From Aestuariivirga sp. (lineage in GTDB: Bacteria; Pseudomonadota; Alphaproteobacteria; Rhizobiales; Aestuariivirgaceae): a stretch of 64,000 nucleotides of DNA. The stretch covers positions 1,246,347 to 1,310,346 of the forward strand of contig NZ_OZ245771.1 in NCBI RefSeq assembly GCF_965227715.1, written 5' to 3'. The position numbers and the translations under genes are program-made. Of this stretch, positions 47,422-56,188 are shown in pieces. Every line of letters begins with the position of its first letter. Position 1 is the stretch's first letter. The notes beneath the pieces are model-generated. The model saw only the letters and a list, made by a program, of their open reading frames with translations. It was not told the DNA's origin and made no database searches.

Positions 47422-48021
47422 ATGGCCCTTGAACTGCCGCCCCTGCCCTACGCCTATGATGCGCTTGGCCCCTATATGTCCAAGGAGACGCTGGAGTACC
47501 ATCACGACAAGCACCACCAGGCTTACGTGACCAATGGCAACGCCGCGCTGAAGGACAGCCCGCTCGCGGACAAGTCCATCGAAGAAATCTGCAAGGTTGC
47601 TTTTGCTGAGAAGATCGCTCCCCTGGTCAACAATGTGGGGCAGCACTACAACCACCTGCATTTCTGGAACTGGATGAAGCCCAATGGCGGCGGCAAGAAG
47701 ATTCCCGCCCGTCTGCAGGCCGCGATCGACTCCGATCTCGGCGGCTATGACAAGATGCGCACCGACTTCGTGCAGGCGGGTGTCACCCAGTTCGGCTCCG
47801 GCTGGGCCTGGATCGCCAAGAAGGACGGGAAGCTCGTCATCACCAAGACGCCCAATGGCGAGAACCCGCTGATGCATGGCGCCTCGCCCATCCTCGGCTG
47901 CGACGTGTGGGAGCACAGCTATTACATCGACTATCGCAACCTGCGCCCGAAATACCTCGAAGCCTTCGTCGACAATCTCATCAACTGGGATTACGTCGAC
48001 GAGATGTTCTCCAAGGCCTGA
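47422..48021 (+). CDS. sodB: Fe/Mn superoxide dismutase
   Basis: ETLEYHHDKHHQAYV, QHYNHLHFW, FGSGWAW, DVWEHSYY. Confidence 0.96.
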   Translation: MALELPPLPYAYDALGPYMSKETLEYHHDKHHQAYVTNGNAALKDSPLADKSIEEICKVAFAEKIAPLVNNVGQHYNHLHFWNWMKPNGGGKKIPARLQAAIDSDLGGYDKMRTDFVQAGVTQFGSGWAWIAKKDGKLVITKTPNGENPLMHGASPILGCDVWEHSYYIDYRNLRPKYLEAFVDNLINWDYVDEMFSKA

Positions 48022-48093
48022 TGGCCTGCTAGACTGAACGCATTGTGCGGCCGGGCCTCGCCCGGCCGTTTTCGATTGGAAAGGGCCTCAATC

Positions 48094-49137
48094 TTGCTTC
48101 CTGTTTTCGATGGTCACAATGACGTGCTGCTCCGGCTGTGGAGCAAGAAGGCGGGAGATCCCGTTTCCGATTTCATCAATGGCGATGGGCAGGGGCACCT
48201 CGATCTGCCGCGCATGATCAAGGGCGGCTTTGCCGGAGGCTTCTTCGCCATTTTCGCGCCGAGCCCGCAGGATGAGGAATTCAACGACGACGAGGAGATG
48301 AACCCGCCGCCGGCAAACCAGGTGGGGCAGATTGCGGCACTTTCCGCCACAGTTGGCATGGCGTCCCTCCTGTTCCGCATCGAGGAACACTCCGAAGGCC
48401 GCTTCAAGGTGTGCCGGAACGCGGGCGAAATCCGCGCGGCCACGGCCGCCGGCAAGGTGGCCGCGATCTTCCACATCGAAGGTGCAGAGGCAATCGACAA
48501 GGATCTGAAGTCCCTCGATGTGCTGCACAAGGCGGGGCTGCGCTCGATCGGGCTCGTGTGGAGCCGGGACAATGCGTTCGGCTCCGGCGTGCCGTTCCGC
48601 TTTCCGGGCTCCCCCGATACTGGCGCTGGCCTCACCGAGGCCGGAAAGGCACTCGTGCGGCGCTGCAATGAGCTGAAGATCATGCTCGACGTCTCGCACC
48701 TCAATGAGAAGGGCTTCTGGGACGTGGCGCGGCACTCGACCGCGCCCATCGTCGCCACCCATTCCAACGCCCATGCGCTGTGCGCCTCCACCCGCAATCT
48801 GACGGATGACCAGATCCGCATCATCGGGCACAGCAAGGGCATGATCGGCCTCAATTTCGCGAATGGCTTTCTGCGGGCGGATGGCCGCTGGGGCAGCGAA
48901 AGCGGGCTCGACACCATGCTCCGCCACCTCGACCATCTGATGAAGATCGCAGGTGAAGACCATGTGGGGTTGGGCTCGGACTTCGACGGCGCACGAATCC
49001 CCGCGCAGATCGGCGATGTGACGGGGCTGCCCCGGCTGGTCGAAGCCATGAGCGCCCATGGCTATGGCGAGGCGCTGGCCAAGAAGCTGTGCTCGGACAA
49101 CTGGATGCGAGTCCTGGAAGAAACCTGGGGCGAATAG
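48094..49137 (+). CDS. Membrane dipeptidase family (peptidase M19)
   Basis: FDGHND, HIEGAE, DVSHLNE, THSNA, GLGSDFDG; TTG start inferred. Confidence 0.9.
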   Translation: MLPVFDGHNDVLLRLWSKKAGDPVSDFINGDGQGHLDLPRMIKGGFAGGFFAIFAPSPQDEEFNDDEEMNPPPANQVGQIAALSATVGMASLLFRIEEHSEGRFKVCRNAGEIRAATAAGKVAAIFHIEGAEAIDKDLKSLDVLHKAGLRSIGLVWSRDNAFGSGVPFRFPGSPDTGAGLTEAGKALVRRCNELKIMLDVSHLNEKGFWDVARHSTAPIVATHSNAHALCASTRNLTDDQIRIIGHSKGMIGLNFANGFLRADGRWGSESGLDTMLRHLDHLMKIAGEDHVGLGSDFDGARIPAQIGDVTGLPRLVEAMSAHGYGEALAKKLCSDNWMRVLEETWGE

Positions 49138-49139
49138 GA

Positions 49140-49168
49140 TTGCAGAGAGTTATTAGCAGTGCTAATAA
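49140..49168 (+). promoter_or_regulatory. Sigma70-like promoter overlapped by a perfect palindromic operator
   Basis: TTGCAG(49140)-N17-TAATAA(49163); palindrome TTATTAGCA-G-TGCTAATAA at 49150-49168. Confidence 0.7.
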
Positions 49169-49174
49169 TTTTTC

Positions 49175-50452
49175 ATGAAGCTTTCCGAGTGGCTCGTTAA
49201 TAGCGGCACATCGCAATCCGAACTGGCCCGGCAGCTGGGGATCACCCAGGGCCGGGTCTCGCAGCTTGCCGCCGGCGCCCAGCCGTCGCTGGAGCTGGCG
49301 AACAAGATCGCGGCCGCCACGGGCAACAAGGTGCGGCCTGCCGATTTTGGAGATCCCCCGATGAAAGAACACACGCTCGACACCGTTGAAGAGGCCATCA
49401 AGGCGATTGCCGAAGGTCAGATGGTTGTGGTGGTCGATGACGACGACCGTGAGAACGAAGGCGACCTGATCGGCGCTGCCGCCAAGATCACGCCCGAGCA
49501 GATGGCCTTCATGGTGCGCCACACCTCCGGCATCGTGTGCACGCCGATCACCGCGGAAGAGGCCAAGCGCCTGAAGCTTGACCCCATGGTGGCGCTGAAC
49601 GATGCGCCGATGGGCACGGCCTTCACCGTGACGATCGACTACAAGGAAGGCCTCACCACCGGCATTTCGGCCAAGGAGCGCGCGGCCACCTGCCATGCGC
49701 TCGCCAACCGCAATGTGGTGGCAGATGATTTCGTGCGCCCTGGCCACATCTTTCCGCTGGTCGCCAAGTCCGGCGGCGTGCTGATGCGCTCTGGCCACAC
49801 GGAAGCGGCGGTCGATCTCGTGAAGCTCGCGGGGCTCCACCCGGCCGGTGTCATCTGCGAGCTCGTCAATGACGATGGCTCGGTGAAGCGCGGGCCGCAG
49901 GTTCTCGCCTTCGCGCGCGAGCACGGCTTCAAGATCATTTCCGTGGCGGATCTCATCGCCTATCGCCAGCGCCGCGAGCGGCTGGTGGAACAGACCGCGC
50001 AGTTCGATGTGGAAACGGCCATCGGCAAGGCGCGGGGCTTCTCCTTCGTCACCCCCTTCGACCAGGTGGAGCAGCTGGCTCTCGTATTCGGCGATGTGAG
50101 CTCGGGCAAGGCCGTGCCGGTGCGCCTCCACCGCGAGAATGTGCTGGAGGACGTGTTCGGCACGCGGCCCACCCTCACCAAGGTGTTCGATGTGTTCAAG
50201 CGCGAGGGCTCCGGCATTCTCGTCTATCTGCAGGAAGGTGCGGCGGGCGTTCCCGCGGGCCAGCTTGCAGGTGCGGAGAAGACCGGCAGCGCCGCCCAGC
50301 GCCAGCAGAGCTGGCGGGACGTGGGGCTGGGCGCGCAGATCCTACGGGACCTCAATGTGAGTTCGATCCGGCTGATCTCGTCCTCGAACCGGCACTACGT
50401 CGGCCTCTCCGGCTTCGGGATCGAGATTGCGGAGACGATCAAGCTCGATTGA
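49175..50452 (+). CDS. ribB: Cro/XRE-HTH fused to DHBP synthase (RibB) with a degenerate GTP cyclohydrolase II-like C-terminus
   Basis: aa 1-58 HTH (SQSELARQLGITQGRVSQL..PS..LA.KI..AT..V.P.DF); DHBPS motifs VDDDDRENEGDL, FTVTID, TTGISA, RPGHIFPL, RSGHTEA; C-domain has no Cys. Confidence 0.92.
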   Translation: MKLSEWLVNSGTSQSELARQLGITQGRVSQLAAGAQPSLELANKIAAATGNKVRPADFGDPPMKEHTLDTVEEAIKAIAEGQMVVVVDDDDRENEGDLIGAAAKITPEQMAFMVRHTSGIVCTPITAEEAKRLKLDPMVALNDAPMGTAFTVTIDYKEGLTTGISAKERAATCHALANRNVVADDFVRPGHIFPLVAKSGGVLMRSGHTEAAVDLVKLAGLHPAGVICELVNDDGSVKRGPQVLAFAREHGFKIISVADLIAYRQRRERLVEQTAQFDVETAIGKARGFSFVTPFDQVEQLALVFGDVSSGKAVPVRLHRENVLEDVFGTRPTLTKVFDVFKREGSGILVYLQEGAAGVPAGQLAGAEKTGSAAQRQQSWRDVGLGAQILRDLNVSSIRLISSSNRHYVGLSGFGIEIAETIKLD

Positions 50453-50504
50453 GGCCCCGAGGATTGCATTGTGGGCGCTTCGCGGGTTGTTCTAAGCTCC
50501 CCAC

Positions 50505-50957
50505 ATGAGCACCGCGCGGCCAAAGCAGGCGAAGGACGGGGAGCCCACCATCATCGGCTGGCGGGAGAAGGTGAGCTTGCCGCGTCTGGGAGTTGGCACC
50601 TTCTCCGCCAAGATCGACACAGGCGCGCGCTCCGCTGCCCTTCACGCCACCCAGATCGAGCGCGATGAATTTCACGTGACCTTCGTGCTGCCGCTCAGCC
50701 GGCGCAACCACCATTGCCGGCTGCCGCTCAAGGGCATGCGCCGGGTGAAAAGTTCCAACGGCCAGATCGAAACCCGCGCTGTCGTGGAAACAGATGTGCG
50801 CATCGGCAAGATCACGCTGCGCATGGACGTGACGCTCACGGACCGGACCGACATGGGCGTTGCCATGCTGCTGGGCCGCAACAGCATCGGCCATGCCTTT
50901 CTGGTTCACCCCACGAAGACGAACCTCATCTCCGCCCGGAAACGCAAGACACCATGA
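50505..50957 (+). CDS. RimK-associated retropepsin-like ('ATP-dependent zinc protease' family) protein
   Basis: [32 protein letters not shown]...MLLGR. Confidence 0.88.
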   Translation: MSTARPKQAKDGEPTIIGWREKVSLPRLGVGTFSAKIDTGARSAALHATQIERDEFHVTFVLPLSRRNHHCRLPLKGMRRVKSSNGQIETRAVVETDVRIGKITLRMDVTLTDRTDMGVAMLLGRNSIGHAFLVHPTKTNLISARKRKTP

Positions 50958-51859
50958 AGATCGCGCTGCTGACGAGAAACCAGAAGCTCTATTCCCACCA
51001 GCGCCTGATGGAAACGGCAGCAAGCCGCGGACATGAGATGGTGCCGATCGACTATCTCAAGTGCTACATGAACATCACGTCGAAGAATCCCGAGCTGCGC
51101 TACTTAGGCCAGACGCTCGATGGCTTCGACGCCGTGATCCCGCGCATCGGCGCCTCTCATACATTCTACGGCATGGCGGTGCTGCGCCAGTTCGAGATGA
51201 TGGGGGTCTACCCCGTGAATGAATCGGTTGCCATCGGCCGCTCGCGCGACAAGCTGCGCTCATTGCAACTGCTGGCGCGCGACGGGGTTGGACTTCCCGT
51301 CACCGCCTTTGCGCATGATTCGAAGCGCACGGACGACCTACTCGATATCGTGGGGGGAGCGCCCGTCGTCATCAAGCTGCTCGAAGGCACGCAAGGGATC
51401 GGCGTTGTGTTGAGCGAAACGCATAAATCCGCAAAGTCCGTGGTTGAAGCCTTTCACGGCGCCAATGTTGCGATTCTGGTGCAGGAGTTCATCAAGGAAG
51501 CGGAGGGGCGCGACATCCGCGCCTTCATCGTGGGCCGCACGCTGGTGGCCGCGATGGAGCGGAAAGGTGCCAAGGATGACTTCCGCTCGAACCTGCATCG
51601 CGGCGGCTCCGCCAACATGATCGAGCTGACGCCACTCGAGAAGTCGACGGCGCTTAAGGCCGCGCGGTCCATGGGTCTGAACGTTGCCGGCGTGGACCTG
51701 CTGCGCTCCGCCCATGGCCCGGTGGTGATCGAGGTCAATTCCTCGCCCGGCCTCGAAGGAATCGAGAAGGCAACGGGCATTGATGTGGCCGGCGCCATCA
51801 TCCGTTTTGTGGAGCGCCACGCCAAGCCCGGCCGCACCAAGACGAAGGGCAAGGGATGA
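50954..51859 (+). CDS. rimK: RimK-family ATP-grasp glutamate ligase
   Basis: [53 protein letters not shown]. Confidence 0.94.
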   Translation: MKIALLTRNQKLYSHQRLMETAASRGHEMVPIDYLKCYMNITSKNPELRYLGQTLDGFDAVIPRIGASHTFYGMAVLRQFEMMGVYPVNESVAIGRSRDKLRSLQLLARDGVGLPVTAFAHDSKRTDDLLDIVGGAPVVIKLLEGTQGIGVVLSETHKSAKSVVEAFHGANVAILVQEFIKEAEGRDIRAFIVGRTLVAAMERKGAKDDFRSNLHRGGSANMIELTPLEKSTALKAARSMGLNVAGVDLLRSAHGPVVIEVNSSPGLEGIEKATGIDVAGAIIRFVERHAKPGRTKTKGKG

Positions 51860-52869
51860 GACACTTCACGCTCGGCGATGCGCGCGTGCAGCCCGGGCGC
51901 CGCGCCACCGTGGACTTGCCCGTCAGCACGCTCTCCAACCACGCCCATGTGACGCTGCCTGTGCATGTGGTGCATGGAGAGGCACCGGGGCCCGTCCTGT
52001 TTCTCTCCGGCGCCATCCATGGCGATGAGATCCAGGGTGTGGAAATCATCCGCCGCATCCTCACCCATCCGGCGTTGGACGGCTTAAGGGGCACGCTGCT
52101 CGCCGTACCCATCGTCAACAGCTTCGGCTTTCTCAATCACACGCGCTACATGCCGGACCGGCGGGACCTGAACCGCTGCTTTCCCGGCTCTGACCGTGGC
52201 TCTCTCGCGAGTCTCGTTGCGGACATCTTCTTCCGCGAGGTGGTGCTCAAGAGCAATTTTGGCATCGACTTCCACACGGCGGCGCTCCACCGCACCAATC
52301 TGCCGCAGGTGCGCCTGGCGCCGGAAGAGCCGGAGCTTCTGAAACTGGCGCAGGCCTTTGCGCCGCCCGTGATCCTGATTTCCAAGCTGCGCGAACGATC
52401 GTTGCGGCTCACCGCAGGTGAAGCCGGGGTGAAGGTGCTGCTCTATGAAGGCGGTGAAGCGTTGCGCTTCGATGAACACGCCATCGATGCCGCGGTGAAA
52501 GGAACGCTGCGCGTGATGGCTTACCTCGGCATGACGGAACCGCAGCCACGGAAGGCGGGAAGCGGCACGGTGTTCTCGGATGCCAGCGCCTGGGTGCGCT
52601 CACCCGAAAGCGGCATTCTCCACACCACAAGGCGGAGCGGGGACCGGGTGGGCAAGGGCGAAATTGTGGGTGTTGTGGCAGACCCGCTGGGCCAGGCATC
52701 GCTGCCGCTGTTTGCGGAGTTCGACGGCATCATCGTTGGCAGCACCAACCTTCCGCTGGTCAACCGGGGCGATGCCGTGTTCCACATCGCCCGCGCCATG
52801 CCGCTCGCCAGCATTCGTCAGCACCCGGAGGAAGCTGCTTCGCTTGCCGATGAGGACGAGATTATCTGA
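51856..52869 (+). CDS. Succinylglutamate desuccinylase/aspartoacylase (M14-like) family protein
   Basis: [31 protein letters not shown]. Confidence 0.9.
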   Translation: MRHFTLGDARVQPGRRATVDLPVSTLSNHAHVTLPVHVVHGEAPGPVLFLSGAIHGDEIQGVEIIRRILTHPALDGLRGTLLAVPIVNSFGFLNHTRYMPDRRDLNRCFPGSDRGSLASLVADIFFREVVLKSNFGIDFHTAALHRTNLPQVRLAPEEPELLKLAQAFAPPVILISKLRERSLRLTAGEAGVKVLLYEGGEALRFDEHAIDAAVKGTLRVMAYLGMTEPQPRKAGSGTVFSDASAWVRSPESGILHTTRRSGDRVGKGEIVGVVADPLGQASLPLFAEFDGIIVGSTNLPLVNRGDAVFHIARAMPLASIRQHPEEAASLADEDEII

Positions 52870-52891
52870 CGCCGGAGGAGATGGAGAGAAG

Positions 52892-52942
52892 CCCACATCC
52901 GCCCTTCGGGCACCTTCTCCCATCCTGCGGACGGGAGAAGGG
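52892..52942 (+). repeat. REP/RIME-like two-hairpin element between convergent genes
   Basis: CCCACATCC-GCCC-ttcg-GGC-A-CCTTCTCCC-atcctgcggac-GGGAGAAGG-G, a repeat architecture I recall from rhizobial intergenic regions. Confidence 0.65.
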
Positions 52943-52956
52943 AAGGATGAGGGCTC

Positions 52957-54426
52957 TTACTTCCACTTCAGCCCGCCCAGAATGCCGCGGATCAGCATGT
53001 TGCCGATCTGGCGGCCTGCGGTGCTGGCCATGTTCTTGACGAAGCGGTCGGTTGCGGTTTCCCGCGTGGAGGTGGTGCGGGCTTCGGTCCTCGCCTGTTT
53101 TTCCGCCACCTTGTCCGCCTTCTCCTGCTCGCTCGCCGCGCTGCGCTGTTCGGCGCGCTTGGTCAGGATTTCATAAGCGGATTCGCGGTCTTCAGATTCT
53201 TCATAGACGCCATAGACGGGCGAGTTCTTGATGAGCTTCTGGCGCTCTTCCGGGGTGATGGGGCCCATGCGGCTGGAGGGCGGGCGGACGGTCGTGCGCT
53301 CCACCATGGTGGGCACACCTTTGAGATCGAGCACGGAGACCAGCGCTTCACCCTTGCCGAGCTGCGTGATGGCCTCTTCCGTTTTGAAGGCGGGGTTGGG
53401 GCGAAAGGTGGAGGCGGCGGTGGCAACTGCCTTCTGTTCGCGCGGCGTATAGGCGCGGAGCGCATGCTGCACGCGGTTGCTCATTTGCGCCAGCACGCCT
53501 TCCGGCACATCGAGCGGGTTCTGGGTGACGAAATAAATGCCGATGCCCTTGGAGCGGATCAGCTTCACCGTCTGCTCGATTTTCTGGACCAAGCCGGGGG
53601 GCGCTTCGGAGAAGAGCAGATGCGCCTCATCAAAGAAGAACACGAGCTTGGGCTTTTCAGGATCCCCCAGCTCCGGCATGCGCTCGAAGAGTTCGGACAT
53701 CAGCCACAGAAGAAAGGTGGCATAGAGCTGGGGCGAGTTGATGAGCCTGTCGGCCACCAGCACATTCATGTAGCCCTTGCCGTTGGGCGTTGTGCGCATC
53801 AGATCCTTGATGTCGAGCGCGGGCTCGCCGAAGAACTTGTTGCCGCCCTGCTCTTCCAGCACCACCAGGCGGCGCTGAATGGCGCCGATGGTGGGGGCGG
53901 AGAGATTGCCATATTCGGTTGTCAACTCCTTGCCGCGATCGCCCAAGTCCTTCAGCAGCGCCCGCAGATCCTTGAGGTCCAGAAGGGCCAGGCCTTCCTT
54001 GTCCGCCAGCTTGAAGGCGATGTTGAGCGCACCTTCCTGCGCATCCGACAGGCCCATGAGGCGGGAAAGCATCAAGGGGCCCATGTCGGTGATGGTGGTG
54101 CGAATCGGGTGGCCCTGCTCGCCGAAGAGATCCCAGAAGATGGTGGGCGTTGCCTCGAAGCCATAATCATCGAAACCCATTTTCGTGGCGCGCTCGATCA
54201 ACGCGTCCTTGGGCTCTCCGGCCATGGCGATGCCGGAGAGATCGCCCTTTACATCGGCGGCGAAGACGGGAACCCCCGCATTGGTGAAGCCTTCCGCCAT
54301 GATTTGCAGTGTCACCGTCTTGCCGGTGCCGGTGGCGCCGGTGACGAGGCCATGGCGGTTGGCCATAGCGAGGAACAATTCTTCGCGCTTTTCGCTTTGG
54401 CCTAGGAAAATAGCTGTCTCGGACAT
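52957..54426 (-). CDS. HerA-like ATPase (DUF853/YjgR family)
   Basis: NRHGLVTGATGTGKT, ADVKGDLSG, FFFDEAHLLF, LIRSKGIGIYFVTQNP, NRVQHALRA. Confidence 0.92.
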   Translation of the reverse strand: MSETAIFLGQSEKREELFLAMANRHGLVTGATGTGKTVTLQIMAEGFTNAGVPVFAADVKGDLSGIAMAGEPKDALIERATKMGFDDYGFEATPTIFWDLFGEQGHPIRTTITDMGPLMLSRLMGLSDAQEGALNIAFKLADKEGLALLDLKDLRALLKDLGDRGKELTTEYGNLSAPTIGAIQRRLVVLEEQGGNKFFGEPALDIKDLMRTTPNGKGYMNVLVADRLINSPQLYATFLLWLMSELFERMPELGDPEKPKLVFFFDEAHLLFSEAPPGLVQKIEQTVKLIRSKGIGIYFVTQNPLDVPEGVLAQMSNRVQHALRAYTPREQKAVATAASTFRPNPAFKTEEAITQLGKGEALVSVLDLKGVPTMVERTTVRPPSSRMGPITPEERQKLIKNSPVYGVYEESEDRESAYEILTKRAEQRSAASEQEKADKVAEKQARTEARTTSTRETATDRFVKNMASTAGRQIGNMLIRGILGGLKWK

Positions 54427-54513
54427 GGCGCGGCAGTTCCCCGATAAATCGCTGTCGATGCCCCTTTCTTGCTATAAGGCAGCGATGAGCGCAACGGTTG
54501 AACGGATGAGGAT

Positions 54514-54912
54514 ATGATGCAGGAGCTGATCGGCCGGATCGTAACAACGGCGGGGCTGCCGCCCGACAAGGCGGAAAAGGCCTTAGGCATCGTCCTCACG
54601 CTGATCCAGACGCAAGGAAACCAGAACAAGGTTCAGGAGCTGTTCGACAAGCTGCCGGGAGCGGCGGAACTTGCACGCAAGCAGGGTGGCGATGGCGCGG
54701 GCCGTGGCGGTGGCGGGCTCCTCGGCATGATGGCGGGTGGCATGATGGGAGGGCCGCTGGCGGCCGTCTCCAAACTCACCGCCGCAGGCTTGTCCATGGA
54801 CCAGATCAAGGCGCTGGGAACCACGACGCTCGATTATGCCAAGGAGAACGCAGGTGCGCAGCTGGTGAAAGAGGTGGCGGGCTCCATTCCCGGTCTTTCG
54901 GGCTATGTCTGA
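54514..54912 (+). CDS. Small Gly-rich hypothetical protein (DUF2267/DUF2780-like)
   Basis: ELIGRI..AGL..KAEKALG, IPGL terminus; GAGGA SD. Confidence 0.65.
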   Translation: MMQELIGRIVTTAGLPPDKAEKALGIVLTLIQTQGNQNKVQELFDKLPGAAELARKQGGDGAGRGGGGLLGMMAGGMMGGPLAAVSKLTAAGLSMDQIKALGTTTLDYAKENAGAQLVKEVAGSIPGLSGYV

Positions 54913-54991
54913 GGGGGATTAGACAAAGGGCGGTTTGCAGCGGCACCTGGTCTTCGCTAGAGATTTCGCAGGTGCAACATGTTGGATCGCC

Positions 54992-56188
54992 ATGACTGAT
55001 CTGAAGCTCGCCGCTGAATTTGCCGATGCCACCCGGGCCCAATGGATGAAGCGCGTGGAGGCGGTGCTGAAAGGCGCCTCCTTCGAAGAGAAGCTGGTGC
55101 GCCACACGGCGGACGGCATCAGGCTGGAGCCGATCTACGGCCAGCAGGACGGGCCCCGCGCCGCACGGGCCGCACAAGCGCCCTGGACACTCTATCAGCG
55201 TGTCGACCATCCCGATCCGGCGCGCGCCAATGCGCAGGCGCTGGACGATCTTGCCAATGGGGCCACGGGGCTGGTTCTGGTGACGGCGGATGCAGCCTCA
55301 GCGCTGGGTTTCGGACTGGCGCCCGCACGGCTCGCCCGCGTGCTGCAGGATGTTCATCTCCACGCCGTGGCCCTCAAGGTAGAAGGCAGCGCATCCATGG
55401 CGCTGGCTGATCTGATTGCCGGGCAGCCCATTGCGCCCGAGCTTCTCAACATTTCCTTCGCGCTCACCTCTGCCGCCGATGCCGCGGAGCTGGCGCGGCG
55501 CGGGTATGCCGGGCCTTACATGGATGCTGATGGCCGCCCCTGGCACGAGCAGGGTGCGACGGAGGCGCAGGAACTGGGCGCCACACTCGCCAAGGCCGTC
55601 TCGGCCATGCGTGTGCTGGAGACGCTCAATGATGTCCATCTGGTGCGGGCGGTCTCGATCACGCTCAGCGCCACGCAGGACATGTTTGCGACCATGGCCA
55701 AGTTCCGGGCGATCCGGCTTCTGTGGCGGCGGGTGCTGGACGCCGCAGGGCTCCCCGATTATCCGCTGAAGCTTCATGCCGAAACCTCCTGGCGGATGAT
55801 GGCGGTGAAGGACCCGCACACCAACATTCTGCGCGCGACTGCGGCCGTGTTCGGCGCGGGTCTGGGGGGAGCCGATTCGATCACCGTGCTGCCCTTCTCG
55901 CTGGCGCAGGGCCTGCCCAATCCATTCGCCCGCCGTGTGGCGCGGAATGTGCAGAGCGTGCTGCTGGATGAAGCAAACCTCTGGCGCGTGGGAGACCCCG
56001 CACTTGGTGCGGGCTATATCGAGACCTATGCCCAAGGGCTTTGCGAAAAGGCATGGGCCGTGTTCCAGCAGGCGGAGGAAGGCCGGTGGCCGGTGCCTGA
56101 CCCCTCCTCCACTGCCAATCTGCCGGTGATCGGCACCAGCGCCTATCCATTGGCCCAGGAATTCCCGCCCGAAACGGAGGCCCTGTGA
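54992..56188 (+). CDS. Methylmalonyl-CoA mutase small (beta) subunit-like protein, short form
   Basis: [44 protein letters not shown]; 398 aa. Confidence 0.85.
   Translation: MTDLKLAAEFADATRAQWMKRVEAVLKGASFEEKLVRHTADGIRLEPIYGQQDGPRAARAAQAPWTLYQRVDHPDPARANAQALDDLANGATGLVLVTADAASALGFGLAPARLARVLQDVHLHAVALKVEGSASMALADLIAGQPIAPELLNISFALTSAADAAELARRGYAGPYMDADGRPWHEQGATEAQELGATLAKAVSAMRVLETLNDVHLVRAVSITLSATQDMFATMAKFRAIRLLWRRVLDAAGLPDYPLKLHAETSWRMMAVKDPHTNILRATAAVFGAGLGGADSITVLPFSLAQGLPNPFARRVARNVQSVLLDEANLWRVGDPALGAGYIETYAQGLCEKAWAVFQQAEEGRWPVPDPSSTANLPVIGTSAYPLAQEFPPETEAL

Noticed and set aside
49138-49174. FMN riboswitch upstream of ribB
   Set aside because: Only 37 bp of intergenic space and no RFN-like sequence
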